A DNA stretch of 63,951 nucleotides, filler included, from Lenisia limosa (taxonomy: Eukaryota; Protista; Breviatea), in assembly GCA_001655205.1 (NCBI GenBank). It is 10 parts of 10 records of this genome, joined end to end, with 100 filler letters (N's around TTAATTAATTAA, not from the genome) between each part and the next. Parts side by side here need not be neighbours in the genome. Positions count along the whole stretch, not along the records: positions 43,476 to 53,490 come from LPNZ01010777.1; positions 53,591 to 61,019 come from LPNZ01002252.1; 8 more parts are not named here. One strand, written 5' to 3'. The position numbers were made by a program, and so were the translations under genes. Shown here piece after piece: positions 48,029-59,246 of this stretch. The stretch's first letter is position 1. Each line of letters begins with the position of its first letter. The notes beneath the pieces were generated by a model. The model did not search any database and was not told the DNA's origin. It worked only from the letters and a program-made list of their open reading frames with translations.

Positions 48029-48533
48029 TCACTGGACAAAGTTCAGGAGCCTGTGAGTTTGGGGGAGGCGGGTGTCAAGATAGGCGGTCAACGCGTCGTC
48101 TACGGCGGCGTAGTGGCTGCTGGCAGTGTGCTGGTCATATGCGGCGGCGGACTTGAACTGCTCCAGAATAGTGAAGTGGGTGGGGTCCTCTGTTGGCGGT
48201 TAGAGAGGACAGCAACATACACACATGACACAACAAGGCAAAAGCTAAGTGTTTTTACCCCTCCAAGGCAACCCCCAAGGACCGACCTCACACACATAGT
48301 CATATTTATAGAGATGAAATAAAACAAGGTTGCATCTGGCCGAGTCCGTCCACACCATCACGCATTTTAATACAGCAATGAGAAATAAAAGGTTGTATCT
48401 GGCCGAAGCCAATAGAGCTATACGTCCCCTCACCCGAGTCCTGGAGTAGGTCAAAACGGATATTTCCGGGTTCCTGCCGGGCATATTGGGCGAGTTGCTT
48501 CAGAACGTGTTCGGCATCAGCAACTTTGTCGGG
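48029..48533 (-). CDS. Antibiotic biosynthesis monooxygenase (ABM; LsrG/YgiN-like) domain protein, last two exons
   Basis: Exons 48533-48434 and 48189-48029: PDKVADAEHVLKQLAQYARQEPGNIRFDLLQDSEDPTHFTILEQFKSAAAYDQHTASSHYAAV..*. Shows the typical EPG..FDL.QD.EDP..F...E.F...A...H...HY pattern. First exon probably in the gap 48550-48710. Confidence 0.8.
48311..48411 (-). repeat. Repeat family D (two tandem partial copies in the ABM intron)
   Basis: Consensus TATAATCCAATATCTCTTATAAGCGTGATGGTGTGGACGGCTTCGGCCAGATACAACCTTGTTTTATTTCTCAT. Other copies at 21738-21800, 22899-22949, 28701-28730, 31428-31503, 34886-34985, 40400-40480, 42658-42685, 56917-57000. Confidence 0.75.
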
Positions 48534-49591
48534 CTGGGGGGGGGGGGGGNNNNNNNNNNNNNNNNNNNNNNNNNNNNNNNNNNNNNNNNNNNNNNNNNNN
48601 NNNNNNNNNNNNNNNNNNNNNNNNNNNNNNNNNNNNNNNNNNNNNNNNNNNNNNNNNNNNNNNNNNNNNNNNNNNNNNNNNNNNNNNNNNNNNNNNNNNN
48701 NNNNNNNNNNNAAAACAGAAATAACAAACACGGGGAGAGAGGGTTAAAAACATCAAAACAAACAAAGCCCAGGCCAATGGCCTCTGCAGCACCGCATTCC
48801 AGGGGGGATATTCTATGGGGTTATTAACAAAAACAGCTGAGAGGCAAAACCTCCAAAAAACGGTGTTTCACTCTTGGATTTAATATACAATGTCAAAAAA
48901 AGCGCAAACAATCAACTTGGATAGCAAAGCAATTATCAAAGAACGTTGAGGCTAGTTAAGATTACAACTGTCGGAAACTTCAAAGCAAATTATCCAGCAA
49001 ATAAATTCTCCAAACGGTGGGGGTTATCGTGGGGATAAAATTGAAACAAAAAAAAAGCACAGGGTTTACAACAACAAAATAAACAAAGCCNNNNNNNNNN
49101 NNNNNNNNNNNNNNNNNNNNNNNNNNNNNNNNNNNNNNNNNNNNNNNNNNNNNNNNNNNNNNNNNNNNNNNNNNNNNNNNNNNNNNNNNNNNNNNNNNNN
49201 NNNNNNNNNNNNNNNNNNNNCTTTACTATTCTCAAAGGTCAATAACCAACCGTCGGAGCAACCACAATAACAAAATAAATCAGAATTGAGCGACATTGGA
49301 GGAAAGCCTGAAAAAAGGGCATATGATGATACTAAGACTGTTTCTAGTGCGGGGCTAACACCAAAAACAGATAGACTTGAAATGACTAGGAAGTACCAGG
49401 ATGACAGGAAGCTAAATTGTCCAACGTAATCCTTTGGTTCTCATCGTGCCCCTTCTTGTACTTTTGCCAAGACCCCCCCCCCCCCNNNNNNNNNNNNNNN
49501 NNNNNNNNNNNNNNNNNNNNNNNNNNNNNNNNNNNNNNNNNNNNNNNNNNNNNNNNNNNNNNNNNNNNNNNNNNNNNNNNNNNNNNNNNNN

Positions 49592-50170
49592 GGGATTACT
49601 CCGGGAGCTGAGACCACTGTATCAAGCTTATGCTCCTTCAGAATCTCGGAAATCTGGTCACAGTCGCTTTGCGTTTCTAATTCGTGAAATAAAGCTTGAA
49701 TATGTACACGAGAAAAAAATAATCACAATAATCCCCATGAATTTAATCTTGAATATACACATGCACTATTCCATGAATGTGTACGCACAGGTAATAAAGA
49801 ATATGAATATGCTCATGCATCTAGCTGGTACACATAGAGGTGTTTCAATAATTAATACATAATATATTCAGCTGAGAAACACTGCATCGCATCTTTGCAC
49901 CTCCAACCACAGTACTCAAGAGGGGCTTGGCCATCAGTTCCTGCAATATTCACCAGAGCCTCAGCAGCAGTTCTGCTGAATCTGAGGGAATAAGAGGAGA
50001 GTCAAATTGATCGACACCTACCCTGTGGCGTGCTCAACTCCGCTTATTACCTCATCATAAGTGTGAACGTCGTCGTTAAAGAGGTACACGGTGAAGTGCG
50101 AGGCTGGAGAGGGGTTTCCAAGGCTAACTCCAAGGAAAACAAAAAAACAAAGTAGTCCAATTAGCTTCAT
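49592..50170 (-). CDS. Signal peptide plus ClpS-like domain protein (3' end unresolved)
   Basis: Exons 50170-50022, 49981-49908, 49676-gap: MKLIGLLCFFVFLGVSLG-NPSPASHFTVYLFNDDVHTYDEVISGVEHATGFSRTAAEALVNIAGTDGQAPLEYCETQSDCDQISEILKEHKLDTVVS. Splice phases (2, then 1) are consistent. Confidence 0.68.
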
Positions 50171-50463
50171 TTCTTAATAGTGTTTATACACAATAATGCT
50201 AATCTACGACTCTTCAACGCCTCTTATCCCCGTTTTTCCTATTTTCATTTAACACTATTATATCTGGGATTGCAAATAACCCTAATTTTCTTATGCTATA
50301 AAAAGGCCACTGTCCAATGGTCATACCTCTACGTATTGTCACACTAACAAGTGCAACACGTGTGTGCTGTGTGTGTGGATCGTCGGAAGGAGAAAAAAGG
50401 AAAGAAGCCGAGCCCTTCTCTTCCCACTTTTCTTATCCCCAGTCATCCACTATCATCCAGGAA

Positions 50464-53400
50464 ATGATGAGGATGAAGTCTTTTGTTGGAGTACCGCCGA
50501 TTCCGATCCTCGTATTCCTCTTAGCTTGTCTTGGTCATCTCCACGTCATTTGTGCCGCACCTCTCAATGGGGATGACTTCTCCTCAGCTGTCCTCTTCAA
50601 CCTGCCGTGGCTTCAAGCGGCAAAAAGCTCATGTAGGCTCTTTAAAGTGTTTTTCTGTGAGAATGGCTGTGTTCGGATTGCTGGCGGCATTTGTTCTTGG
50701 AGGAGAAATGTATCCACTTCCCTTCAGGTGATTGGTTGTTCTGTACACAGTGATATGGAACCAATCGCGTGTATATCTCTGTAAATAACATTATTTAAGA
50801 AAAAAAACGTAATACTACTCTCATGTATACATTCATTAGGAAACCTTCTCAAGCTAAACCCCTGTTTTCAAGCTCACCATTTTAGATTTGGATCAGAGGT
50901 TCTTGATCAGAATTCCTGCAGTTTCTGGTTTCCCACAAGCATCACAGTTTGAGGGGGGTGCATGGGGTTATGAAACTCAACGTTAGTATGAGTATCGTAT
51001 GTATTTTGTGTTTAAAAAGATGGGGGGGTAGATTAGATTTAAAAAGATGGAAGTGATTTCTTTTTAGAGATGAACAAGGGTGCTTCTTGAGACAGCTTTG
51101 GATAGAAAGCAAAGCCACTCAGGTATGCTCCTTTCAAGGGGGTTAGTTTGAATGACTTGAAATCTGTCACAACGGATTTAATCATTTTGGAAGTTTTGGA
51201 ACCACTTGCAGCATTTCTGTCGAATCTAATTCTATACAGTGCTTCCCGGACAGTATTTCCATCGTCCTGCTGAATCAAACTACCTACGAGCAAACTTTGG
51301 CTACGTATGAATGGTTATGTGAGGGTTACATTGGTGTTGAAATTGGGGTGGTTTTGTGTCCATATTGATTTCATGCGGTTCATTCAATGCAGCAGTTTTT
51401 AAATTTCAATTGTATTTATTACTATTTACCATTCTTTGCTCACATTAAAGGAGTCAGTTGGAGAAAGACGCCATGAAACCTGATAAAACCCCAGTGGTGG
51501 GTGGGGTATCTTGTTTTAATCAAGGTCAGGGGTTTCGTGGTGGTTGATAGAGGCCGAGCTTCACTTCCGCAAATGTTGATATTACAACTGTTCTTTTTTG
51601 ACCGAAATGAACCCTTTTGAGTTTCTGGTTTTATTGTTTTAGCCTCGAGTGTTGTTCGAAACCTGTTACCCATTTGTACATGACGCTGACCTTTTGGCCT
51701 TCGTATACTGCTCTAAAGCGACACAATACGCCTCATCTGTGGGGTTGAGACATGTTCTGATTAGGGCTTCACTTCGGTTCGAAAAAAAGACTGAATTTAT
51801 CGATGAATCATCGAAAATTATCGATATTATACTGGTATTATTCGAACCGAAGTGAAGACCTAGTTCTAACGCACCAATAGAATTAATCGAGATACGTTTT
51901 CTTTGATGGGGAATTGTCATTTATGGTATTTAGCTCTCCTATGGCCTCGGGCAAATTTCAGTGGAGTTGGAAGACCGCAGCACAAACGGGCGGTACACAA
52001 GCTTTAATGTTTCGTATGGGGGNNNNNNNNNNNNNNNNNNNNNNNNNNNNNNNNNNNNNNNNNNNNNNNNNNNNNNNNNNNNNNNNNNNNNNNNNNNNNN
52101 NNNNNNNNNNNNNNTCACTTCAATCCATTCAAGATTCATGTATTATTTGGGTGGCTGGATGCAGTAAAGTTTACGATACGCAGCTACTATCGAACCGAGT
52201 ACCGGTCCTCCCTGGACTCTGGCTACAAACCAACGATTTCGGGTAATAACTTCTTCCACAATCGCCAATCGTATTCCTCAGGATTCAGCATGTCCCTTTC
52301 TGTCAAACATCAAGGTTGAGGGCTGCTCAAAGAAAAAGCAAGAGTTTGTTTGAGAGAGTAAAATACAGTAACCAGTTGAGATTATTTTTGACAATTTTCA
52401 CAGATTAAAAGTAACTTCCTTCAGTGTACTTTACCATCCTTACCTGAATAGTATTTGATTCATTTACCCCTCAGAATCAGGCAATATGACCACAATTGCT
52501 TTGAATTCCCTTCCGGCTTACAACTACCGTCTCAAGGACAGGGGTGAGAGGGGTGGGGTCTTTTGATGAAAATGAAAATATACTCAATACAATCCAGGGA
52601 TGAAGGGATTCCATAAACAAAAGCAATTCTACTACTCATCTCACTTGTGTCAATAATTAGGAATTCGTTTCCGCAAATGAATTAATTTCTCAATAAAAGC
52701 AAATTTGAAGTTGAAACACTTCTTTTCTCCCGATGGGTTGACGTTTTAGGTAATAGAGACTGTACTGCAGACGGTGGTGTTGCTGTTGGTGGAGGCTGCA
52801 GGTTGGGGAGGGGGGGTCCTAGATGGTTATGTTAGCTGTAGATTGGGGGAAGGGTCTCGAATGGTGAGGTCAACTAGGAGGTGTATAGAGGTCACACCCT
52901 CTGAGTCCTAATATTGCAGGTAATTTGTCAAAGTATCAGGAAAACAACGGGAGGATGCTCTAACACCATTATTATTATTCTAATTTACTAATTAGGCTTG
53001 AGCGGCGTTACCGAGGATTCGTTGATTTGGAGTACGAACAAGACTTATGCGTAAGTTAAGATTTGATTAATTGCTCCTACTATCTCCTTTTATTTCTCCA
53101 TTTGTACTATTCACATAAATTGTTACCATTCGTGAATGTGGAAGTGGAACTGGCATAATGATATCTCAGGAAGTATTTTCCGTCCCAGCGGCTCGGGTGG
53201 TGACAACTTTTCGCATGTATGCATCCCGAGTTACCATGGTCGATTGGACCTTTGAGGTACCCGGGGTTTTTTTGGGGGGAGTTTTTTTTTTCACAATTGA
53301 AATATATTAACCGTATTTTTGATCATAATAGTATATGATATACATATCATATTTATACATATTACGTTTGGAAACATATCGATATAGTTAATCGGCATTG
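50464..53400 (+). CDS. Multi-exon putative secreted or membrane protein (truncated at linker)
   Basis: MMRMKSFVGVPPIPILVFLLACLGHLHVICA-APLNG.. is signal-peptide-like; more than 10 short GT/AG-bounded exons follow to about 53250. No family recognised. Confidence 0.45.
51764..51860. mobile_element. MITE-A (near consensus)
   Basis: TA|GGGCTTCACTTCGGTTCGAA..TTCGAACCGAAGTGAAGACC|TA. Confidence 0.85.
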
Positions 53401-54139
53401 CTTTCATTGTTGCTGAACATCTCTGACGGGGTTTAGATTTTTGGTCTTGAAGGATATGAACTCACCGGCAGTAAGTACTCGTCAAGGTTTNNNNNNNNNN
53501 NNNNNNNNNNNNNNNNNNNNNNNNNNNNNNNNNNTTAATTAATTAANNNNNNNNNNNNNNNNNNNNNNNNNNNNNNNNNNNNNNNNNNNNTAGAAATTGG
53601 TCAATGATAGTTACATATGAATAAGGTGAATGAGGAGTGAATGGACATCATATAGTGTACTGTAGAGAGATGAGAAATGAATGAGCTGAACGTTAAAACT
53701 GGAGTAATATGTATAGTATATCATATCGACAGCAATTTCCCATTACAGTATTTCCTCTGAGCATGATAAGAATTGCTCTTTCCCGCAAGATCCCTTGGGT
53801 AAAGTGGGCATAATGGGCATAACAGCAATTTCCCTTTCCACTCAGCTTACGTCAGAGTATTGCCTAAAGTGTGAGAATCTTCAGAATCGCCTTCAATACA
53901 ACATAATACCATGAGCCCCCCAGAAATGCACCTGGTAACCCATCTGGTTACACCAACTGTTTTGGGTGTACTTACCCCAACTGAAATAACTATCCCAAGG
54001 GCCTTTTCATAAATAGCAGCTTAGATGTTCTTAAAACTCTTCCTACTTGTATATCATATAACAAAAGACTAATCAAAAGTCCACTCTTTGTGAAGCAATT
54101 TTCCATGTTGGGGTAACCAGGTGCTCACCCCCCCCCCCT

Positions 54140-57100
54140 CCAAGAGTTCCACCCCACTTTTTGCACGATGGTTCATAGTACACCCCCTCAGAGTAGTAGA
54201 GAAACGATGCAGTGACGTCACTACGTTGTAAGCTGTACTGGCTACAAATTGCAAAAACACGGGAGTTGAAAACATCAAAACAAATGTATGTGTTTTCTTG
54301 CTCTTTAGTAAGACCTGCCTACATTCCTATACTCAGAGGCCCGTGTAAATAGAGGGCTTCCTTCATGGCATCTTCGTCCCCTGCAGTGGTTAGCTTAAGT
54401 GGGTCCCCAAAAAGACGGGTTTTTCGAAAAAGCTTCTTATAATATTGATGTCATGGTCGTGTTCGGGCCGAACGGATGATTAAGATATTGTTTGATAGAA
54501 AGTGATTTCGTTAGATCTGACGGAGAGGGATACAATAAAATCACCAAAAACAACAGAATCAAATATGTTGGCTACATACAAGGGTTAAAAACAACAGAAC
54601 AAACAAGGCCCCGGTCAGTCACTTCTGCAGCACCGCATCTCATCACTCGTCAAAATGGAAAATGTGTCAGGGGTGATGGATTATCAGGTTAAAGTCAACA
54701 GAGAAATACTCTGTGTGGGGGAAAACCATCAATATTCCATGTTAAGGGAAATCATATAGCAATATTCCATTATCGCTTCAAGAGATGCAACCAACCTTCA
54801 GTGATATTCACATAAGTCAGCTGGAGAGGTATGGATGCCTACAATCGTTATGAGAGTTGGAGGCAGGGCTCACTTCAGTTAGAAAAAGACTAGTAAAATA
54901 TAGATAGTTTTCGAGGATTTACCGAGACATTCAGTCTTTTTTCGAACCGAAGTGAATCCCTAGTTGGAGGGAGGTTATATATCCAGATATCTATGAAGAA
55001 TTCTGGAACTTTGTGTAGTAATTTAACTTTTTAAGAGTACCCCCCCCCCCCCNNNNNNNNNNNNNNNNNNNNNNNNNNNNNNNNNNNNNNNNNNNNNNNN
55101 NNNNNNNNNNNNNNNNNNNNNNNNNNNNNNNNNNNNNNNNNNNNNNNNNNNNNNNNNNNNNNNNNNNNNNNNNNNNNNNNNNNNGAAAATCTAAAGTTTA
55201 CACCTTTGGAAAACGCACCTTTTTCTCATGACAGTAGTCGCTGAAGCCTTTGTAAGCCTCGTCAGTATCCAGGGCAATCTGGTGTGAATTGAACAGATCT
55301 TAATTTCATTTGCAATATGTAGAAAAAGAAGATATATACTATATGTATATAGTATACCATTATATAATATATAGTTTTTATACTATAAAGTGAATTAAAA
55401 GTAATAAAAGAGGCAACCTCAATTGAAAAAAAAGATGCGCCACATAGCAACTGAAGCTAAAATGGACATTCCTTCGACTTCGTGCAATTAATTGACAAAA
55501 ATTTGAAATTGAAGGGCTGACATTGGGTTTATGTTATACGGCTCAATCCACAATTTAAAATTTATTTTTTAATTAATTGCACGGGCCTGAGATTCCTCTG
55601 AAGTCCCACCTTTCCAGTCTTTTGGATGTATTCTGCCATTTGCCAAGGCTGCCCTCCTGAATTCGTCAGAAATGGCATGGGGCAGAATGGAGTATTCCCT
55701 TGCTTCTGAGGAAAGGGGTAGTTTAAAATGAAATCATAAGCGAGATGAGAAATATAATAAGTTGATGTCATTGTCAGAAATACTAATCATAACACCAACC
55801 ATCACAACCAGCAGAGTCATGTAGTTCATCAAAACCGCCAGTCCATCCACAGTTCACCAAATGCTGCTCAGCTAAGGGGTGAGATAATCAATATTGTTCA
55901 ACTGGGGTGGGTAGCTATGGATAATAATAAAAAAATTCAGGGATCCTTGCAATTAATTGAAAAATTCACTGCAAAATTTGAAGTGAGACCTATTGTCTTG
56001 GAAATTTCATTTCAAATTGATTACACAAGGTCTTAAAAAAATCACACCAAACTCACAGAAAACAGAGCGTTGCTTGTTCTTCAAGTTATACGCCCCTTCA
56101 ATTGCAGCAATGGTGGAAAAGGTGTAGCAAGACCCGCCTGTAATGGTGAAAACTGCTCTATTTTCAATCTTTGACTTGGAGAAGGCCTAATTATCTGAAA
56201 AGACTATCATATGAAGCATTGAGTGCTATATACGAGTACAAGAACCCACAAACACTGGAGCTGGTTTTTGACTGGACCAATAATGCCATGTTCAAGCCAG
56301 TTAAACGCGTCTGGCACCTAGGGCATTATTGGCAGTGACAGCAAATAAGGTCGATACAAATAAGGCAATTATGATTTTCAAATCAGTTGAGAAATAAGGT
56401 AATATTGTGTGTTTAAGGGAGAGAATAGGCCTACAGCAATGCCGGTCTTCTGGTATGTTTCCGCAGCAAGAGTGTTGGTTGGTCTGTAAACATGAATAAG
56501 GACCAACGAATCAAGAGAAGATGAGGAGAAGGGGAATAAATGACAAGGAGAATGAAGAAGGGACTGAGTGATGGTGGTTTAATCCCCTCCTCCTACTTGA
56601 TCCTTGATTTGAGGCCCAGAAGATGTCTGGAGATTTGCGAAGCGGATGATGGTACAACACTAAAATGTGAAAACATCAGTAGTGATGGTACAATACTAAA
56701 ATGTAAAAACAAGAAAACAACAGTTACATCTACATCCCCCTCCCTCCCCTATTTTGAATTTATCGGTGCCTCCCCTCCCCCACCTTGATTTGCTGAGTGT
56801 GAAGGAAGGATTTGGGATTTGACTATAGTCACGGAGAGCCCTTTGATACAATTCCGAAGATTGCTTCAAATCATTTGGTGTTGGTGCAGGCTTATCTCTG
56901 AGCAGTAAAATATACTAGATGAGAAATAAAACAAGATTGTATCTGGCCAAAGCTGTCCACATCATCACGAATATAAGAGATAATGGATTATGGTATAATA
57001 TTATTGCACCAATACTTTAAATGGGCTGAAAATAAGGGGGAATAATTGGTGATAAAAGCGGTATTTATATGAAAAGACAATTTTTGCAACTAGAAGGGTT

Positions 57101-58986
57101 TTCTAGAAATAACACCCCATTTTTGGACAAGCCAGACAATGACTTTATTGTGCTTCCAGAAAGCTAGGTACAATAGTGGTATCAATCTTTCGTATTCCCA
57201 CACCAACGTATCAATGGGGTTATCACAACTTTCAGGCATCTTAGGAATCTGGATGGTAAAGTGTGAAGCTTATATCCTTCAAAATATGAATAAATTTAAT
57301 AATTAGGGATTCCCAACAGTTCGAAAGAGCCCGGTGAAATATCGATATTTATCAAGAATTTATCGAGAATTTCAGTCTTTTGGGGACCGTAGGGAACATC
57401 TAATAATACTAACTGCATAATTACTACTGGTAGAGCTGAGGAATCAAACGCGGTCTTATTTGGACCTGAGTGAAGCCCTATTCCACCATACCACAACATC
57501 ACCAATAATGAAGTTACTGTACGTTAACGTTGTGCTCCGCATTTCACTTCAGAAAAGTTAGTGAAAATGAAAGAGGCATGTGCACTTTCGTTGGTAGAAA
57601 TCACATAGTTAACAGCTAAATGCGCTTTAATTATATAGCTATATATATGTACATGTATCCATATAGATCATATATTACATGATATGGCTTTCTCCGAGAC
57701 AGGTAAATCAATATTTCTCACGGTTCTATTGAAAGATTCATTCCTTTTCTCTTCGGGAAAGCCATACGAGATAAAAATGAATTTTATTATCAGATTTTGG
57801 CAAATAGGCAAATCCTCTGACATACTTTGTGATGAGATTCTTCTCGAGTTTTTCATAGGTCAAAGGAACAAATCGCCTAAACACATTATACATTTACAGA
57901 TCACATTATACTGTATTGTATATTTGCTTCTATACCACATTATATTATAATGCATCAATCAAACCACAACATCTTCCTCTCAACTGAGAAGTTGTGTTTG
58001 TTAAATCAGGCAATATTATGCATTACTCTCTGTCTTGTCTACTTCAGTGATTGTATTCATATGAGTATTACCTTAATTAAACTACCAGCTGTCTTCAAGA
58101 AAAGCTTACTTATAATTAAATACTAAACCAGACCCACTCAATTGAGAAGAAAAAGTTGTGGTTTTCTGATGCCGTGCTGGTAACGACAATCTTTTGGTAG
58201 AGATAGCACATTTCCTCATTTTTCTAATAGAATTAAAGAAGGTAACATGGAATGTATAACCAAATGCGAACATAAAATCATCCTAATAACCTGTAATGTT
58301 GATAAACCTAAGTCGCCCATTTTAAGTATGCCATTGAAGCCCGGGCCACCCATCATACTGTGAGGGTACCCAGGAACTTCCATCCTTCGCTTAGATAGTT
58401 CGGAATGAATTCGGGGAATTGGTCGGGAGCCACCCCACTGGACCGTCGGCATTCTTGGTGGTCCTTCATGACGAAGCTCTGGGAGTAAAACTATGAAACA
58501 AAAAAGCCCAAATCAACTTTGTTGGCTGACAACATGAGGGTTGATAACAACAAACACAAAGCCCAGGCCAGCCACTTCTAACCATATTTTAAGAAAAGAT
58601 TCAAATGATCACTGACCAACATGATAGGAATGTTCGGGCGCATAAAGCGTCTCATCCAAGCCGTTAAAATAGGACACAAACATCTTCTACGGGAGTTAGG
58701 AGGGAGGAAACTAAGAAGATTAGAAGGAATGCTGACGTGTTCTGTTTTGTTGTGGGCAACGTTGAATCGCTGTCTGATTTGGTCGCTGCTGCCATATATC
58801 GTTTTGATGGCACTAAATGAGTACGAATTATCCTGAGAGCGTGATTGGGAAAAGAGATCAACTAACTTCGGCAAGAAATGCATCGTCTAAAATGGGCTTG
58901 CTAGATTCCAAGGAAGTACAAAAAGTAATTCCAAGGATGGAAAGCGTGATCCAGAGGAAGAGAGGGTAGAATACTACCAGAAACAT
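54140..58986 (-). CDS. Papain-family (C1A) cysteine protease with long N-terminal extension, CfaD / 26-29 kDa proteinase type
   Basis: Signal peptide from ATG 58986; extension with MFVSYFNGLDETLY and FPEFIPNYLSEGWKFLG. Mature domain: VPDAFNWLEHGIIGPVKNQLQ|CGSCYTFSTIAAIEGAY..EQHLVNC..GCD|GGQPW..YVNITE|GDEDAMKEALYLHGPLSIG|IDVTASFLYYSEGVYYEPSC. Exons with the catalytic His and Asn were not found. Confidence 0.85.
54866..54960. mobile_element. MITE-A
   Basis: GGGCTCACTTCAGTT..TTCGAACCGAAGTGAATCCC|TA. Confidence 0.78.
55476..56033. mobile_element. Two MITE-B copies (55476-55587, 55940-56033) in protease introns
   Basis: CGTGCAATTAATTG..AATTAATTGCACG termini; shared AAAATTTGAAGTGAGAC core. Confidence 0.65.
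58479..58581 (-). repeat. Repeat family C (intron-terminal element), ends exactly at an acceptor
   Basis: Sense: GAAGTGGCTGGCCTGGGCTTTGTG..TCAACCCTC..AGCCAACAAAGTTGATTTGGGCTTTTTTGTTTCATAGTTTTACTCCCAG|exon. Related copies at 8568-8674, 24379-24498, 28481-28562, 29462-29538, 35617-35670, 41179-41241, 48711-48812, 49030-49090, 54575-54655, 60207-60279, 62181-62249. Confidence 0.75.
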
Positions 58987-59246
58987 TGTATTTTTCGCTT
59001 CACCTAGTTATTTTTAATGTATTATTGTTTACTATATCTATATCAAAAGAGATATTGAGAAAATCTTGCCAAAAATCGGAGACGGTTATAATATGTCCGT
59101 TTTCGAAATACCTCGGTGACAATTCGCTAACTTCTAGAAAATTATTTCACCGATTTCGGCCTGTTTGTGGCCTATAAAACTAGAAATTTTCACCACTTTT
59201 TTTTATTAGATCTTGCAAGGCATAGTTTAAAGGGTAGTTATTTTTT

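Noticed and set aside
48029-50170. Single ClpS-ABM fusion gene
   Set aside because: Same strand and close, but three gaps intervene and a possible hydrophobic terminal exon with a stop lies near 49240-49300; no in-phase chain can be shown.
49592-50170. Fragment of a UBR1/UBR2 ligase
   Set aside because: No UBR box or room for one upstream; an in-frame ATG with a signal peptide sits directly before the domain. Not fully excluded without transcripts.
53945-53970. QNSW reading on the minus strand as the protease catalytic Asn motif
   Set aside because: It follows a GTAAGT donor-like site, has no upstream His exon and runs into a stop; probably intronic coincidence.
56640-56710. 36-bp tandem duplication (similar short ones at about 31040-31115, 42765-42795, 62353-62390)
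   Set aside because: Ordinary local slippage duplications with no evident functional consequence.
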